A DNA stretch of 55,137 nucleotides from a virus (Duplodnaviria > Caudoviricetes), in the IMG/VR virus record IMGVR_UViG_3300032327_000495, positions 1 through 55,137 of that record. The stretch is one strand, 5' to 3'. Under the pieces are notes generated by a model, which did no database searches, was not told where the DNA came from, and saw only the letters and a program-made list of their open reading frames with translations. Below, in pieces: positions 17,078 through 26,493 of this stretch (position 1 is its first letter; each line of letters begins with the position of its first letter). The translations under genes and the position numbers were made by a program.

Positions 17078-20000
17078 TTGTTTTTTCCTTGACAATGTGC
17101 TTTTTGACTGAAGCCTTTAGGATTACTACAGTTTATACTGTCTTTGTATTTCTGTGACCACTTTTCGTCTAGTTGATCTTCGTTCATTTGGTTTAATAAT
17201 TCTTGTGCTTTCTCGACACTAATCATATATCTACCAAAACGATTTGGGTCTGCGGCTTTTTGTAGATATTCTTTGCTGAAACCTTTTGGTGCTTCTGCTT
17301 GAGTAGGAGCTGTATCAGTTGCCTGTTGAGTAGCGATTGGTTTGCCTGTTAAACGATTGATGTTAGGATCATCTCCTGGGGTCACTCTCGCTTGAGCTCC
17401 TGCAGCACCCAAAGCCATTGAGCCGGCTAATGCGGCTGCACCTAACTTTTCTTTCCAACCTTCATCTATACTTTCGTTTGACTTTTTCTTTGTATTAACA
17501 TTAATGGCTTTACCACTACGCTCTGGATTAGGATCTTCTCTGCGCTTTCTTGCGGCAGCACTAGCACGACCTTCTTTACCTAAGTTTTGTGCTTTACTTT
17601 GTGGCAAACACTTTGGCTTACCTTCGCTGTCATCACCTCTAGCACAGTCGCCACGAATCTTTCCATCAGGACCAAAACGAACCCACTTCTCTTTGAACCA
17701 TTGATGTAAATTTTCATCTGCTCTATTAATACCTTCTAGTATAGAACTTTCATTCTTCTTACCGCCATTGCCCCAACTGTCTGCGCCACTCTTGCGGCAC
17801 TTTACTAACGCACCTGACGCATAAGCACTTGGCCATACTTTATAACGGCTCTTAACTTTGTAGTAGCAAGCATCTTTCTTTTCGTTCATTATCATTTCAC
17901 TGAACATTGGGCCACCACAATGTGGACATTTTTCTTCTGCTATGTCTTGATTAAAATCGTCCATTGGGAATTTAAGAAATTGATTACCTTTTCTTAATAA
18001 AATATCATCACCATCTTCACTGATATCAATTCCCATTAATGCTAGTGTTTTTACTGCTTGAGTATGTTGTTGTTCATTACCTAACCACCACATTTTAACC
18101 AGCCTAACTAGTAAATCGTATTCATCATCGTCATTATCATCGGATTTGTCAATAGCAAACTCGTTTAAGTCACCCGCCACATCTTCGTTCTTCACACAGT
18201 TAGGAACAGTTTTGCCGAACAACTCTTTGTTACCTTCTTTGTGATAACCCTTCCAGCAGTTTTCATCTAACTCATCTTCTGCCATTGCTGGTTGTTTCGC
18301 TGGCTTTGCTGTAGGTTGTTTGAATGTAGTATTCACATTGGCGTAACCAGTTGGACCCCCGCTGAAATTCGCAGGTTTTGCAACTGCTGGTTTGGCGTAT
18401 TTTTCCATACCCGGCATCTTCATTACATTATTAGCATTAAACCCCTGTGGTGCTGTAGTTGCAGATACTGCAGGCTTAGCTACAGGAGCAGCCGCTTTAG
18501 TTACAGGCGCTACTTGAGGTATAGTTGTTTGTTGGGCAGGAACTGCCATTTTAGTTGCAGGTGCTGCCGCTGTTGCTGCAGCAGGAGTCGATACCGGAGC
18601 TGCTTGTTGTGTGCTTGTTGCTGACTGAGACATAGCTCCGCCACCTGGTTCGCCGGCAAATGGTATCTTCATTGAAGCATATACTTGTTTAATAGTGTCA
18701 GATGGTACACCTATATTTTGTATAACTTTAGCAACATCTAAACTGTCAGTTGGGCTACCTGCTTTTTTCCATGCTTGTAATAGTTTATCAGCAGTAACTT
18801 TAGTTGTTAAGTTGCGACCCTTAGTTTGCGCCCAGTTCACTGCTTTTCCAGCAGCACCTTTAATGGTGTCCATGATACCTTCGTCAAGTTTGCGCTGACG
18901 CTCAACGATTTTACCAATCATTAAGAAGATTTGACTTTCGGTTAGTTCTATTGATTCACTAACCTTTGCTTTAATTGCGGCAAACTGTTTAGCTTGTTGA
19001 ATAATCATAGCACTTGGATTGTTGGGATCTTGTGCGTATTTGTTTATAAACCATCTTGTATAAAAACTTGGATTCATGCCATCTGTGGGGTTCCCGGTTG
19101 TACTTCCCACCACTTGTCTAGCAGTGTCACTAGCAACTCCAGCCATTGGGTCGCCTGATATAGAACCGCTACTAATACCGGGAGTTGCCATTTGTCCATT
19201 GTTGGTCAAATCAGCAAATACTTTCATATCCATAGTTTTTAATGGTATGTCTCCAGTGAATACTTTTCTGCCGGTAGAGTCAAATACTTCAAGGGAATCA
19301 CCGCTAGAGCCAAAAGTATATCCTTGATCGGGTGGAAACTTGTTAAGAATACGATCTTGAAATGCTTGATCGGAAGCCAGCCCCTTTTGAATATCTGCCG
19401 GAACTTCGCCGCTGCCACTAGTACCACCGGTAGCTTGGTCACCGCCCTTCATATAGTCTGCTAACTTACTAGCACCATATGCCATTGCACCTGTCTTAGC
19501 ACCCTGATAGGCAGCACTAGAGAATTTCTCACCTTGTAATAACTTGTCTACTAACTTGAACAGACCTAATGCGGCCGCACCACCAACACCTGCGCCACTG
19601 ATACCGGCGGCCGCAATCAATGCTGAATAAATTAAACTCTGTGCTATTGGGTGCTTCTTGGCAAAGTCTCTGTACTTTTGTACATACTTCATTACGCCTT
19701 GATCGCCACCAGTTGCTTGCTTCAACTTTTCAGCGGCATTGTCATACATAGCATCAACACCTTTAATAGGGCCTGAATTCTGTACTTTAGTCTTTAAATC
19801 TTCCCATGCTTTATTAACTGCACTTGCCGCATCTTTGCCTCTGCCAAGCATAGTGCGGTTGTTGCCAGCAGCAGTTGCACCTTGTTCTACTTGTTGAAAG
19901 ATTTGATTAATTTGATCGGCAGTTAGTTGTGCTTCCATCAACTTGTGACCAGCATCTTCCCATAACTTTTGTACAATCAATGCTTCTGTAATTATTGTTT

Positions 20001-20604
20001 TACTATTGTGATAGCCTTCCGCCACACCTTCTTTTTTTACTTGTTTGCTGTCGGTGTGTCGAACCGTAGTACCTATTTTAGAATTCTTGGCTAGTTTGCT
20101 AGAATCAACTTTGTTAAAATAGTCTCTCATCTGACTAGTTGTTGTAGGATCTTTAGCGTCTTTATTACCATCAAAATACTTACGCATAGTTGCTAAACTT
20201 GCTTCGTCTGTGTTTTGTTTGACAGGGACATCAAACACTGTATAGTATCGTTGTGTTTTTTCATTCCAAACTGTGCGACCTTTAACTCCGCTTAGTTTCT
20301 CTTGACTGGTCATTTGATCCCAAGTTTTAGCAACAGTCTTTTGTTCTTCTTCCGACACATGGACATCTTCATTCTGACCTTGTTTCCAGGTAGTGTAGTC
20401 ATCACTGTAATCAATATATGGATCACTCTTTGGTTTAGTTGGTTTTGGAGCAGGGGCATTTGCTCTAGCATTTGCTGCTTTCTTAGCCCACATTGCTTTT
20501 TCTTCAGGACTCTGTTCATGCTTTTTTAATATTTTCTGCATATAGTCAGGAAACAAATGATGGTCTTCGTGACTTTCAGTTAAACCTTTTAGAATATTAC
20601 TCAT
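17074..20604 (-). CDS. 1176-aa modular protein of cassettes delimited by [LIVM]-x-E sites; putative head-internal polyprotein
   Basis: Junctions LTE, VSE, VAE, ITE, LME, LDE, MAE, LNE, IAE, MNE, IDE; Cys-containing mini-modules; Ala/Pro-rich linker. Confidence 0.7.
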   Translation of the reverse strand: MSNILKGLTESHEDHHLFPDYMQKILKKHEQSPEEKAMWAKKAANARANAPAPKPTKPKSDPYIDYSDDYTTWKQGQNEDVHVSEEEQKTVAKTWDQMTSQEKLSGVKGRTVWNEKTQRYYTVFDVPVKQNTDEASLATMRKYFDGNKDAKDPTTTSQMRDYFNKVDSSKLAKNSKIGTTVRHTDSKQVKKEGVAEGYHNSKTIITEALIVQKLWEDAGHKLMEAQLTADQINQIFQQVEQGATAAGNNRTMLGRGKDAASAVNKAWEDLKTKVQNSGPIKGVDAMYDNAAEKLKQATGGDQGVMKYVQKYRDFAKKHPIAQSLIYSALIAAAGISGAGVGGAAALGLFKLVDKLLQGEKFSSAAYQGAKTGAMAYGASKLADYMKGGDQATGGTSGSGEVPADIQKGLASDQAFQDRILNKFPPDQGYTFGSSGDSLEVFDSTGRKVFTGDIPLKTMDMKVFADLTNNGQMATPGISSGSISGDPMAGVASDTARQVVGSTTGNPTDGMNPSFYTRWFINKYAQDPNNPSAMIIQQAKQFAAIKAKVSESIELTESQIFLMIGKIVERQRKLDEGIMDTIKGAAGKAVNWAQTKGRNLTTKVTADKLLQAWKKAGSPTDSLDVAKVIQNIGVPSDTIKQVYASMKIPFAGEPGGGAMSQSATSTQQAAPVSTPAAATAAAPATKMAVPAQQTTIPQVAPVTKAAAPVAKPAVSATTAPQGFNANNVMKMPGMEKYAKPAVAKPANFSGGPTGYANVNTTFKQPTAKPAKQPAMAEDELDENCWKGYHKEGNKELFGKTVPNCVKNEDVAGDLNEFAIDKSDDNDDDEYDLLVRLVKMWWLGNEQQHTQAVKTLALMGIDISEDGDDILLRKGNQFLKFPMDDFNQDIAEEKCPHCGGPMFSEMIMNEKKDACYYKVKSRYKVWPSAYASGALVKCRKSGADSWGNGGKKNESSILEGINRADENLHQWFKEKWVRFGPDGKIRGDCARGDDSEGKPKCLPQSKAQNLGKEGRASAAARKRREDPNPERSGKAINVNTKKKSNESIDEGWKEKLGAAALAGSMALGAAGAQARVTPGDDPNINRLTGKPIATQQATDTAPTQAEAPKGFSKEYLQKAADPNRFGRYMISVEKAQELLNQMNEDQLDEKWSQKYKDSINCSNPKGFSQKAHCQGKNK

Positions 20605-20605
20605 T

Positions 20606-21577
20606 TTATTTTGCCTTCTTATTCTTGTTATCTAACATACCACGCTTGTTAGCAGTAGCCCATGCAATGTTTTCTGCTTCGTCTTTACTCTTGCCAAGTT
20701 TCTTTTCAGATTTAGTAATGTGCTTAACCATTCTATCTACTTTAGCACCTTCTTTAACTTTATGAGCATCATCCCATGCTTTGTCAGTTTTGACATTGTA
20801 TTCTTTACCACCCGGACCGATATCGGCAATTCTTGAACCAATTTCTCTTTTAGTCTTTACAACTGCTTTATTGCTATTATCAATATTCTTTTGTATCTTT
20901 TTAGCAAAGTCAATCTTGCCTTCACCCATACTACCATTGCCAATAACGCCTGCTGGTGGAAGACTTTCTTGTTGCATCATCTTCTCATCGTAGTATTCTT
21001 TTACTGCATTTAGATAATCATTTGCTTTGATAAGTTTCTCTTGTACCCAGCCTTCTAAGCCTTCTTCTTCTGACCTATTCTTTAATAGTTCATAAATTGC
21101 TTTAGCATTCTTCATTGTTGCTAATACATCACTGCGAGCCATTTCAACTTCATGGTCAACACGACTTTTACCGTGAGGTACAAATCCAGTTTTCATTTTA
21201 CGACCTTGGCCGGGAACTAAAATTATATCATCTTCTGCTAGTTCTGCTTCGCTAACTGGTTGAAATTTCTTGTTTTGTTGTCTATTAGCAGATAACTCTT
21301 TGCGAGCCTCTTGCTTAGACATTTTGTATTTCTTTTGAAATTCTACATCGGATAGACCATCTGGACCACCTTTTAAATCTAATGAAAGTTGGTTCATTGC
21401 GCCTTCATTTAGACTGTTACCGTATGGCTTGTTAGTCTTTTTACCCTTGAATAAACTGCCTGCTTTTGTGTTTCCATAAACACTAGGACTGCGAGTTTGC
21501 ATTTTGACAAAACTATGCTCTACAGGCGCAACTGATCCTGATGTAGTAGTTTCTTGTACGATTTGATTAATTTTCAT
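20606..21577 (-). CDS. modular putative head-internal protein
   Basis: MKINQIVQE N-terminus; LNE, VSE, LAE, MGE, VKE junctions; late promoter at 21600-21607. Confidence 0.7.
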   Translation of the reverse strand: MKINQIVQETTTSGSVAPVEHSFVKMQTRSPSVYGNTKAGSLFKGKKTNKPYGNSLNEGAMNQLSLDLKGGPDGLSDVEFQKKYKMSKQEARKELSANRQQNKKFQPVSEAELAEDDIILVPGQGRKMKTGFVPHGKSRVDHEVEMARSDVLATMKNAKAIYELLKNRSEEEGLEGWVQEKLIKANDYLNAVKEYYDEKMMQQESLPPAGVIGNGSMGEGKIDFAKKIQKNIDNSNKAVVKTKREIGSRIADIGPGGKEYNVKTDKAWDDAHKVKEGAKVDRMVKHITKSEKKLGKSKDEAENIAWATANKRGMLDNKNKKAK

Positions 21578-21621
21578 AGCGAATTCCAAAGTAATGTAGT
21601 ATTTATCAAAATACTACATTA

Positions 21622-22890
21622 TCAGATTTTGCCTGAGGGTTTTGCTGTTGGTGGTACGCCGGCTCTATTTGTGAGCCAACTAAACGCTTTTGCATTCTTT
21701 TTTATACTATAAGGATTAACATCTACCGTTAATGCTGTCTTAAAACGAGGATCGTTTTTCTGTTTTTCACTAGGGATGTAACCACTAGATTCTGCAACAT
21801 TATATGTAGGATCTGTTTTCTGACGCTTCATGTTCTTTGGTTGATTAGGGTCGACCGGATCAATATCAGTTGTCGTTAATCCTGTCTTTTCTAAGTCTTT
21901 AATATATTTGTGTTCTTCATCTTCACTACCAAATGCCATGATAGTACTAGGAGGTCCTTGACCAAAGTCATGGTGTCCTAATCCTTTAAGATTACTAATA
22001 TGTTGACCTAACTTGTACCAATCGTATACATCACTCACATCTACTTTAACTGTACCGGCAGGCATTGTAGGTTTAAACTCAGGTCCAGGTGGCTTACCAT
22101 TTGGATCGTAATCTTCAAATTCTTTTGATAATTCTTCTTCTAAATTATCTTCAATTATCTTTGCAGGGTCTTGATACATTGTTTCAATAGTCAATGCTTC
22201 GCTGTGTAATTTGTCACGCAATGCATATAACTTAGTGATATGACCCTGACTACGCAATGCTTTATATGCTAGATTCTCAGGACCAAACTCACCACCTTTA
22301 TCTAATCCAGCTTGTCGATATTGCTTAATCTTCTTTAATACTTTTTGAATCTTAGTTAAGTTCTTTGAGTCTAATGCTCTTTGTACAATATCTAATAACT
22401 TTTCAAACTTCAATCTTGTAGCAGCTTGGTCAAAGTTCGCCCTACGCTTTGTAGGAATACGTAACCACTTGTCATTTTGTAAACTGTATTCTCCCAATGA
22501 CACTGATGGTTCTGCCGCATCTTGTACATACAATTCTACAGGAACTCCGTGAATAGTTATGTCATGTGAATCGTTATACAATGACTTCTTAGCGTCAAAG
22601 AATTCACGGTATATTTCATTGTTAGGTAAATCACTAATATTGACTAAGATATGTAAATCTAAGTCACTGTGTTTTGTATAACTATATGCTGCATTAGAAC
22701 CAGAGATAGTAATGTCTCTAACATCTAAATCATTGATTCCCATTTCTTCTAGGAAGTCTTGTGCTATTGTTTCTAGTTGATTTTTAACTTCAGGACGCAA
22801 TTTAGTACCTGTCCACAATTTAGGATTAAGTCTATCATGGAAAGTGACGGCATCGGATATTTTGAAGGAATCAAGCTCTTTTAAGTTCAT
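21622..22890 (-). CDS. DNA pol beta-superfamily nucleotidyltransferase with C-terminal add-on modules
   Basis: ISGSNAAYSYTKHSDLDLHI (GS...DxD) and VELYVQD. Confidence 0.75.
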   Translation of the reverse strand: MNLKELDSFKISDAVTFHDRLNPKLWTGTKLRPEVKNQLETIAQDFLEEMGINDLDVRDITISGSNAAYSYTKHSDLDLHILVNISDLPNNEIYREFFDAKKSLYNDSHDITIHGVPVELYVQDAAEPSVSLGEYSLQNDKWLRIPTKRRANFDQAATRLKFEKLLDIVQRALDSKNLTKIQKVLKKIKQYRQAGLDKGGEFGPENLAYKALRSQGHITKLYALRDKLHSEALTIETMYQDPAKIIEDNLEEELSKEFEDYDPNGKPPGPEFKPTMPAGTVKVDVSDVYDWYKLGQHISNLKGLGHHDFGQGPPSTIMAFGSEDEEHKYIKDLEKTGLTTTDIDPVDPNQPKNMKRQKTDPTYNVAESSGYIPSEKQKNDPRFKTALTVDVNPYSIKKNAKAFSWLTNRAGVPPTAKPSGKI

Positions 22891-22907
22891 TAAGTATTTA
22901 TCAATAC

Positions 22908-22988
22908 TTACTTAGTAGGATGATTGTTTTGTGGAACAGGCTCTCTGTATGGAGGGTACTTTGGAGGCTTATGTCTATACCAACTCAT
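22908..22988 (-). CDS. 26-aa proline-rich peptide MSWYRHKPPKYPPYREPVPQNNHPTK
   Basis: ATG 2 nt after the GT2 stop; fills the gap; below the ORF-track cutoff. Confidence 0.5.
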   Translation of the reverse strand: MSWYRHKPPKYPPYREPVPQNNHPTK

Positions 22989-22990
22989 TT

Positions 22991-23701
22991 TTAATTCCAA
23001 TATTTAGAAGAATCTAAACTGTCCCAGTATTTTTTATTGTTACGATTTACAAAGTTTTTAGCTAGGTACTTAGCCATACCTAGATACCCCATCTTTTTAA
23101 ACCTACGACTATCTTGACCAAAATGATGCCTAATGATTCTAAATTTTCTTGGGCTGTACTTCCTAGACAAGAAATAGTCTTCACTTGTTGAAAAGTTTTC
23201 AGGAAATCCACCATATTCTTCAAACTTGTCCCTACGAGTTAACATAAATGCACCGACTGCAAATGGTGAGAAATATTTTAATGCATGATTTATAGTATTA
23301 AAAATAATGAACCCAATCTTTGCTCTTGGATCCTTATCATAACATTTTATGTTTAATCCAATGAGGTCTAAATTTTTTGATTCAATTTTATTAACTGCAT
23401 CACTAATAACAGTATTTTTGAAAAAACGAACATCTGCATCAATGAATAAAATATATGGTGTAGTAACTAGTTTGGCACCATTGTTCTTAGCAATAGAAAC
23501 AGGACCGCCATCGATAATTTCAACATTCAATCCTGTACTGTTATCTTTTATGACCTGTCTAGTATTATCAGTTGAACAATCGGCGATGATGATTCGTGTA
23601 TCACCGATGTTCTGTGAACGCAATGATTCTAACAAATGATGTATGTAATTTTCTTCATTCTTGCAAGGTACAACAATGGTAATTTTATCACTCAATTTCA
23701 T
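22991..23701 (-). CDS. family 2 glycosyltransferase
   Basis: IVVPCKNEE, IIADCSTDNT, AKNNGA, LFIDAD (DxD), GGF...SEDY, DSRRF. Confidence 0.9.
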   Translation of the reverse strand: MKLSDKITIVVPCKNEENYIHHLLESLRSQNIGDTRIIIADCSTDNTRQVIKDNSTGLNVEIIDGGPVSIAKNNGAKLVTTPYILFIDADVRFFKNTVISDAVNKIESKNLDLIGLNIKCYDKDPRAKIGFIIFNTINHALKYFSPFAVGAFMLTRRDKFEEYGGFPENFSTSEDYFLSRKYSPRKFRIIRHHFGQDSRRFKKMGYLGMAKYLAKNFVNRNNKKYWDSLDSSKYWN

Positions 23702-24452
23702 GTTTATCTTTCTCTTTTGTCCAGGTTATTATTTCCCAACGGCCATCATGATGTTCCACCAGTGCTGTGCATGACTCAACCCAGTCACCATCATTCATAT
23801 AGATAATGCCGTCTATGATTTTTATTTCTGCGTGATGGATGTGACCACAGACCACACCGTCAAATCCACGTTTTTTACAATAGGCAACGAGGTTTCGTTC
23901 GAATTGGAAGATGAAATCCACAGCTTTTTTGACACGGTATTTAAGATACTGGCTAAGACTCCAGTAACCAAAACCCATACGATGGCGGAGCCAATTAAAT
24001 TTAGTATTAAGTCCCAGGATAAAATCATATGCCTTATCTCCTAAAAAACTGAGCCAGGGTGCTAGTCTAGTGATACCATCAAACAAGTCGCCATGAGTAA
24101 CTAAGTAGTGTTTGCCATCGACACCTATATGCTCTATCTGGTTGGCTATCTCAATATTACCAAAGCCGATTCCATATGGCATAAGTGGTCTTAAGAATTC
24201 ATCATGATTGCCAGCAACATAGATTACTTTAGTGCCACGTTTGGCAAATCCAAGTATACGGCGAACCACGTTAGTATGGCTTTGCTTCCAACGCCATTTG
24301 TTTTGTTGAATTTTCCAAATGTCTAAGATATCTCCTACGAGATACAATGTTTCGCAGGTATTATATTTGAGGAAGTTGTTGAGTTTGTCGGCTTGACTGT
24401 CTCTAGTGCCAAGATGAACATCACTAATGAAAATGCTACGATATGTTTTCAT
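23688..24452 (-). CDS. plcP: metallophosphoesterase of the PlcP (LpxH2-like) phospholipase C family
   Basis: SDVHLG, VGDILD, GNHD, HGDLFD, CGHIH, NDGDWVESCTALVEH, plus the PlcP-like mid region WLSFLGDKAY...GYWSLS...VKKAVDFI. Confidence 0.8.
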   Translation of the reverse strand: MKTYRSIFISDVHLGTRDSQADKLNNFLKYNTCETLYLVGDILDIWKIQQNKWRWKQSHTNVVRRILGFAKRGTKVIYVAGNHDEFLRPLMPYGIGFGNIEIANQIEHIGVDGKHYLVTHGDLFDGITRLAPWLSFLGDKAYDFILGLNTKFNWLRHRMGFGYWSLSQYLKYRVKKAVDFIFQFERNLVAYCKKRGFDGVVCGHIHHAEIKIIDGIIYMNDGDWVESCTALVEHHDGRWEIITWTKEKDKHEIE

Positions 24453-24473
24453 CTAGTATTTATTTTAAAAAAT

Positions 24474-24491
24474 ATGACAAACATGTGACAC
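24474..24491 (-). promoter_or_regulatory. Pho box-like direct repeat
   Basis: GTGTCACATGTTTGTCAT: two TGTCA(C/T) half-sites 11 bp apart, 21 nt upstream of the plcP ATG. Confidence 0.7.
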
Positions 24492-24508
24492 TATATTACG
24501 CAGCCGTT

Positions 24509-24528
24509 AAAAAGCCCCTTTCGGGGCT
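24509..24528 (-). terminator. intrinsic terminator insulating the plcP operon
   Basis: AGCCCC-GAAA-GGGGCT followed by TTTT. Confidence 0.85.
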
Positions 24529-24534
24529 ACTCAT

Positions 24535-25485
24535 TTAAGAGATTTTTAATGTGACGTTGCCGTTAGCATCTGGCTTAATTGCTTGTTCGGCTGCAGCCTT
24601 TGTTTTTTGTTCTTCAACATACATAGGTCCAATTGTGTTCATCAAGTGGTTCTGATTTTCCATACAGAAAACATAGCTACCACTGTGACGCAATAGAATA
24701 CGCTTGTCAACCCAGATTTTACCACCTAGATCGCGCCAGTTTTCACAGAATGTCCAGTCTTCACTGTAGTAACGATTCTGACGAACTGCTGTGTCAAAGT
24801 AAGTCTTCAAGTGTTGATCGTACTTTGGATCTAAACCAATGTCGTTCTTGTACTGCTTAACAGCAGGATGAGCCTTCATCTTTTCAAATACATGCTTCTT
24901 CATCAACAAGAAACCTGTACCTGCTTTAGAGACTTCTTGGAAGCCATCGGGTCCTTCTTCAGCACCTTCGAATCCGTTAACTACCCACTTGATAGGCATT
25001 GTCTTCATTGGGTACAGTCCTGCACATACATCAACGTCACGGTTCAATAACACTAACAAGTGCCATGGTTCCCAACCAATGTCAGCGTCAACAAAGAATA
25101 AGTGTGTTGCGTCTGGCATATCTAAGAATTTAGCAGTCAATGTATTTCGTGCTCGGCTAATCAATGATTCATTCACCATTGTTTCTAATGTCCAATCGAT
25201 ACCAAGTTGACGGGCAGTATTAGCCCACTTGATAAAACTCATGAATGTAGATTCTGTCAACATACCACCATAACATGGCATTGCAATATGCACTTTAGTT
25301 GTGCGTAGAAAGTCTACGTTAACTTGCACTTGTCCTGGCTGGGGTGCTTGTTCTTTTGGTTGCTCTTGTGATACTTGAGCGGCTTGATCAGCAATTTCTT
25401 GTACTTTTTCTACTGGAACTGTTTTTGGTTCTGTAGATTGTGTTGCAGATTTTGTTGCTTTTGAAGTTGTTTTTTTTGTTGCCAT
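24535..25485 (-). CDS. GT-A fold glycosyltransferase-like protein with disordered N-terminus
   Basis: HIAMPCYGG, ESLISRARN, HLFFVDADIGW, GTGFLL, SEDWTFC. Confidence 0.75.
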   Translation of the reverse strand: MATKKTTSKATKSATQSTEPKTVPVEKVQEIADQAAQVSQEQPKEQAPQPGQVQVNVDFLRTTKVHIAMPCYGGMLTESTFMSFIKWANTARQLGIDWTLETMVNESLISRARNTLTAKFLDMPDATHLFFVDADIGWEPWHLLVLLNRDVDVCAGLYPMKTMPIKWVVNGFEGAEEGPDGFQEVSKAGTGFLLMKKHVFEKMKAHPAVKQYKNDIGLDPKYDQHLKTYFDTAVRQNRYYSEDWTFCENWRDLGGKIWVDKRILLRHSGSYVFCMENQNHLMNTIGPMYVEEQKTKAAAEQAIKPDANGNVTLKIS

Positions 25486-25541
25486 TTGGTCCTCTTAAAT
25501 GATGTAAATATTTACACTAGATAAGAGGGGTCGAAATATTT

Positions 25542-26492
25542 TTATTTTTCGTCTAAGTAATCTACACTCTCAGTAGTAAGAGATGTAGTACGATGTCCGC
25601 CCTTATGGGTAAATGGTCCGTTTTCTTCTTCGTAAGTGCCTGGATAGTTCGTACCAAACCCACCGCCCACTCCACCGATTTCTTCATGTACAGATAAGTC
25701 TTTTGCCATAGTATTAACTTGAGTGGGATTCCAATGAAAATCATTGGGATTAACATTATATTTTTTAACCATTGCACTAATCAACAAATCAATGGTTTTA
25801 GAAGGAATATTTTGAGCAATAAGTTTAGCTTGTTTATTATGACGCTTGGGATGATAATAAACATCAACATTACCTGGATCAATGATTCTTGCCTCTTCTA
25901 CCCCTTCTGAACCACCCATACCTATATTCAGCATGTTAACAATATTAGCAGCTAATTTGGGATTTGATTGAGTCACCGGATATAAACTCATAACCATTGC
26001 TGTTTTTCGTTTATCATTCAATTTGGGCCATGCCGCACGAATTTCACTAGCACTAGTAATACCAGGTCCAAACTCTACGGTTGGTAAATACGAAATGTAA
26101 GCATGTTTGTTGAATGATTGTAAATCTTTTCCTGTATATGGTTGAAAGTATGCAGGTGTGCCATCTTTTTTCATGCCGCCCGGTTTAGGTTGTTCTGTTT
26201 TATCTTTCTCGCTGCGAACAAAAATTAATACATCTTCATTGGGGTTATAATGACTTGTAATTTCTTCCGCTTTGAATGGACTTTTAACTTGAACAAAATG
26301 TCCGGGTGCAACACCTGCGAGTTTGGCTAATTTTTCTTTAATACTAAAGGGGAATGGTCTTGTTTTTGTATCATTTGTTGCAGCCACATATACTTCTGCA
26401 TCAGGAAATGCTTTTACTGCACTTTGATATAATGAGGCATGACCTGCATGAAACGGATGAAAGCCGCCCGGCATGATTACAATCTTTTTCAT
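25542..26492 (-). CDS. HxGH nucleotidyltransferase-like protein with C-terminal add-on modules
   Basis: MPGGFHPFHAGH, ITSASEIR; tail with VEE, VHE, LDE junctions. Confidence 0.75.
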   Translation of the reverse strand: MKKIVIMPGGFHPFHAGHASLYQSAVKAFPDAEVYVAATNDTKTRPFPFSIKEKLAKLAGVAPGHFVQVKSPFKAEEITSHYNPNEDVLIFVRSEKDKTEQPKPGGMKKDGTPAYFQPYTGKDLQSFNKHAYISYLPTVEFGPGITSASEIRAAWPKLNDKRKTAMVMSLYPVTQSNPKLAANIVNMLNIGMGGSEGVEEARIIDPGNVDVYYHPKRHNKQAKLIAQNIPSKTIDLLISAMVKKYNVNPNDFHWNPTQVNTMAKDLSVHEEIGGVGGGFGTNYPGTYEEENGPFTHKGGHRTTSLTTESVDYLDEK

Positions 26493-26493
26493 A

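Noticed and set aside
23688-24452. Lipid A enzyme LpxH
   Set aside because: Has GNHD rather than the GNRD of E. coli-type LpxH, plus the PlcP-like mid region, a GT neighbour and a Pho box
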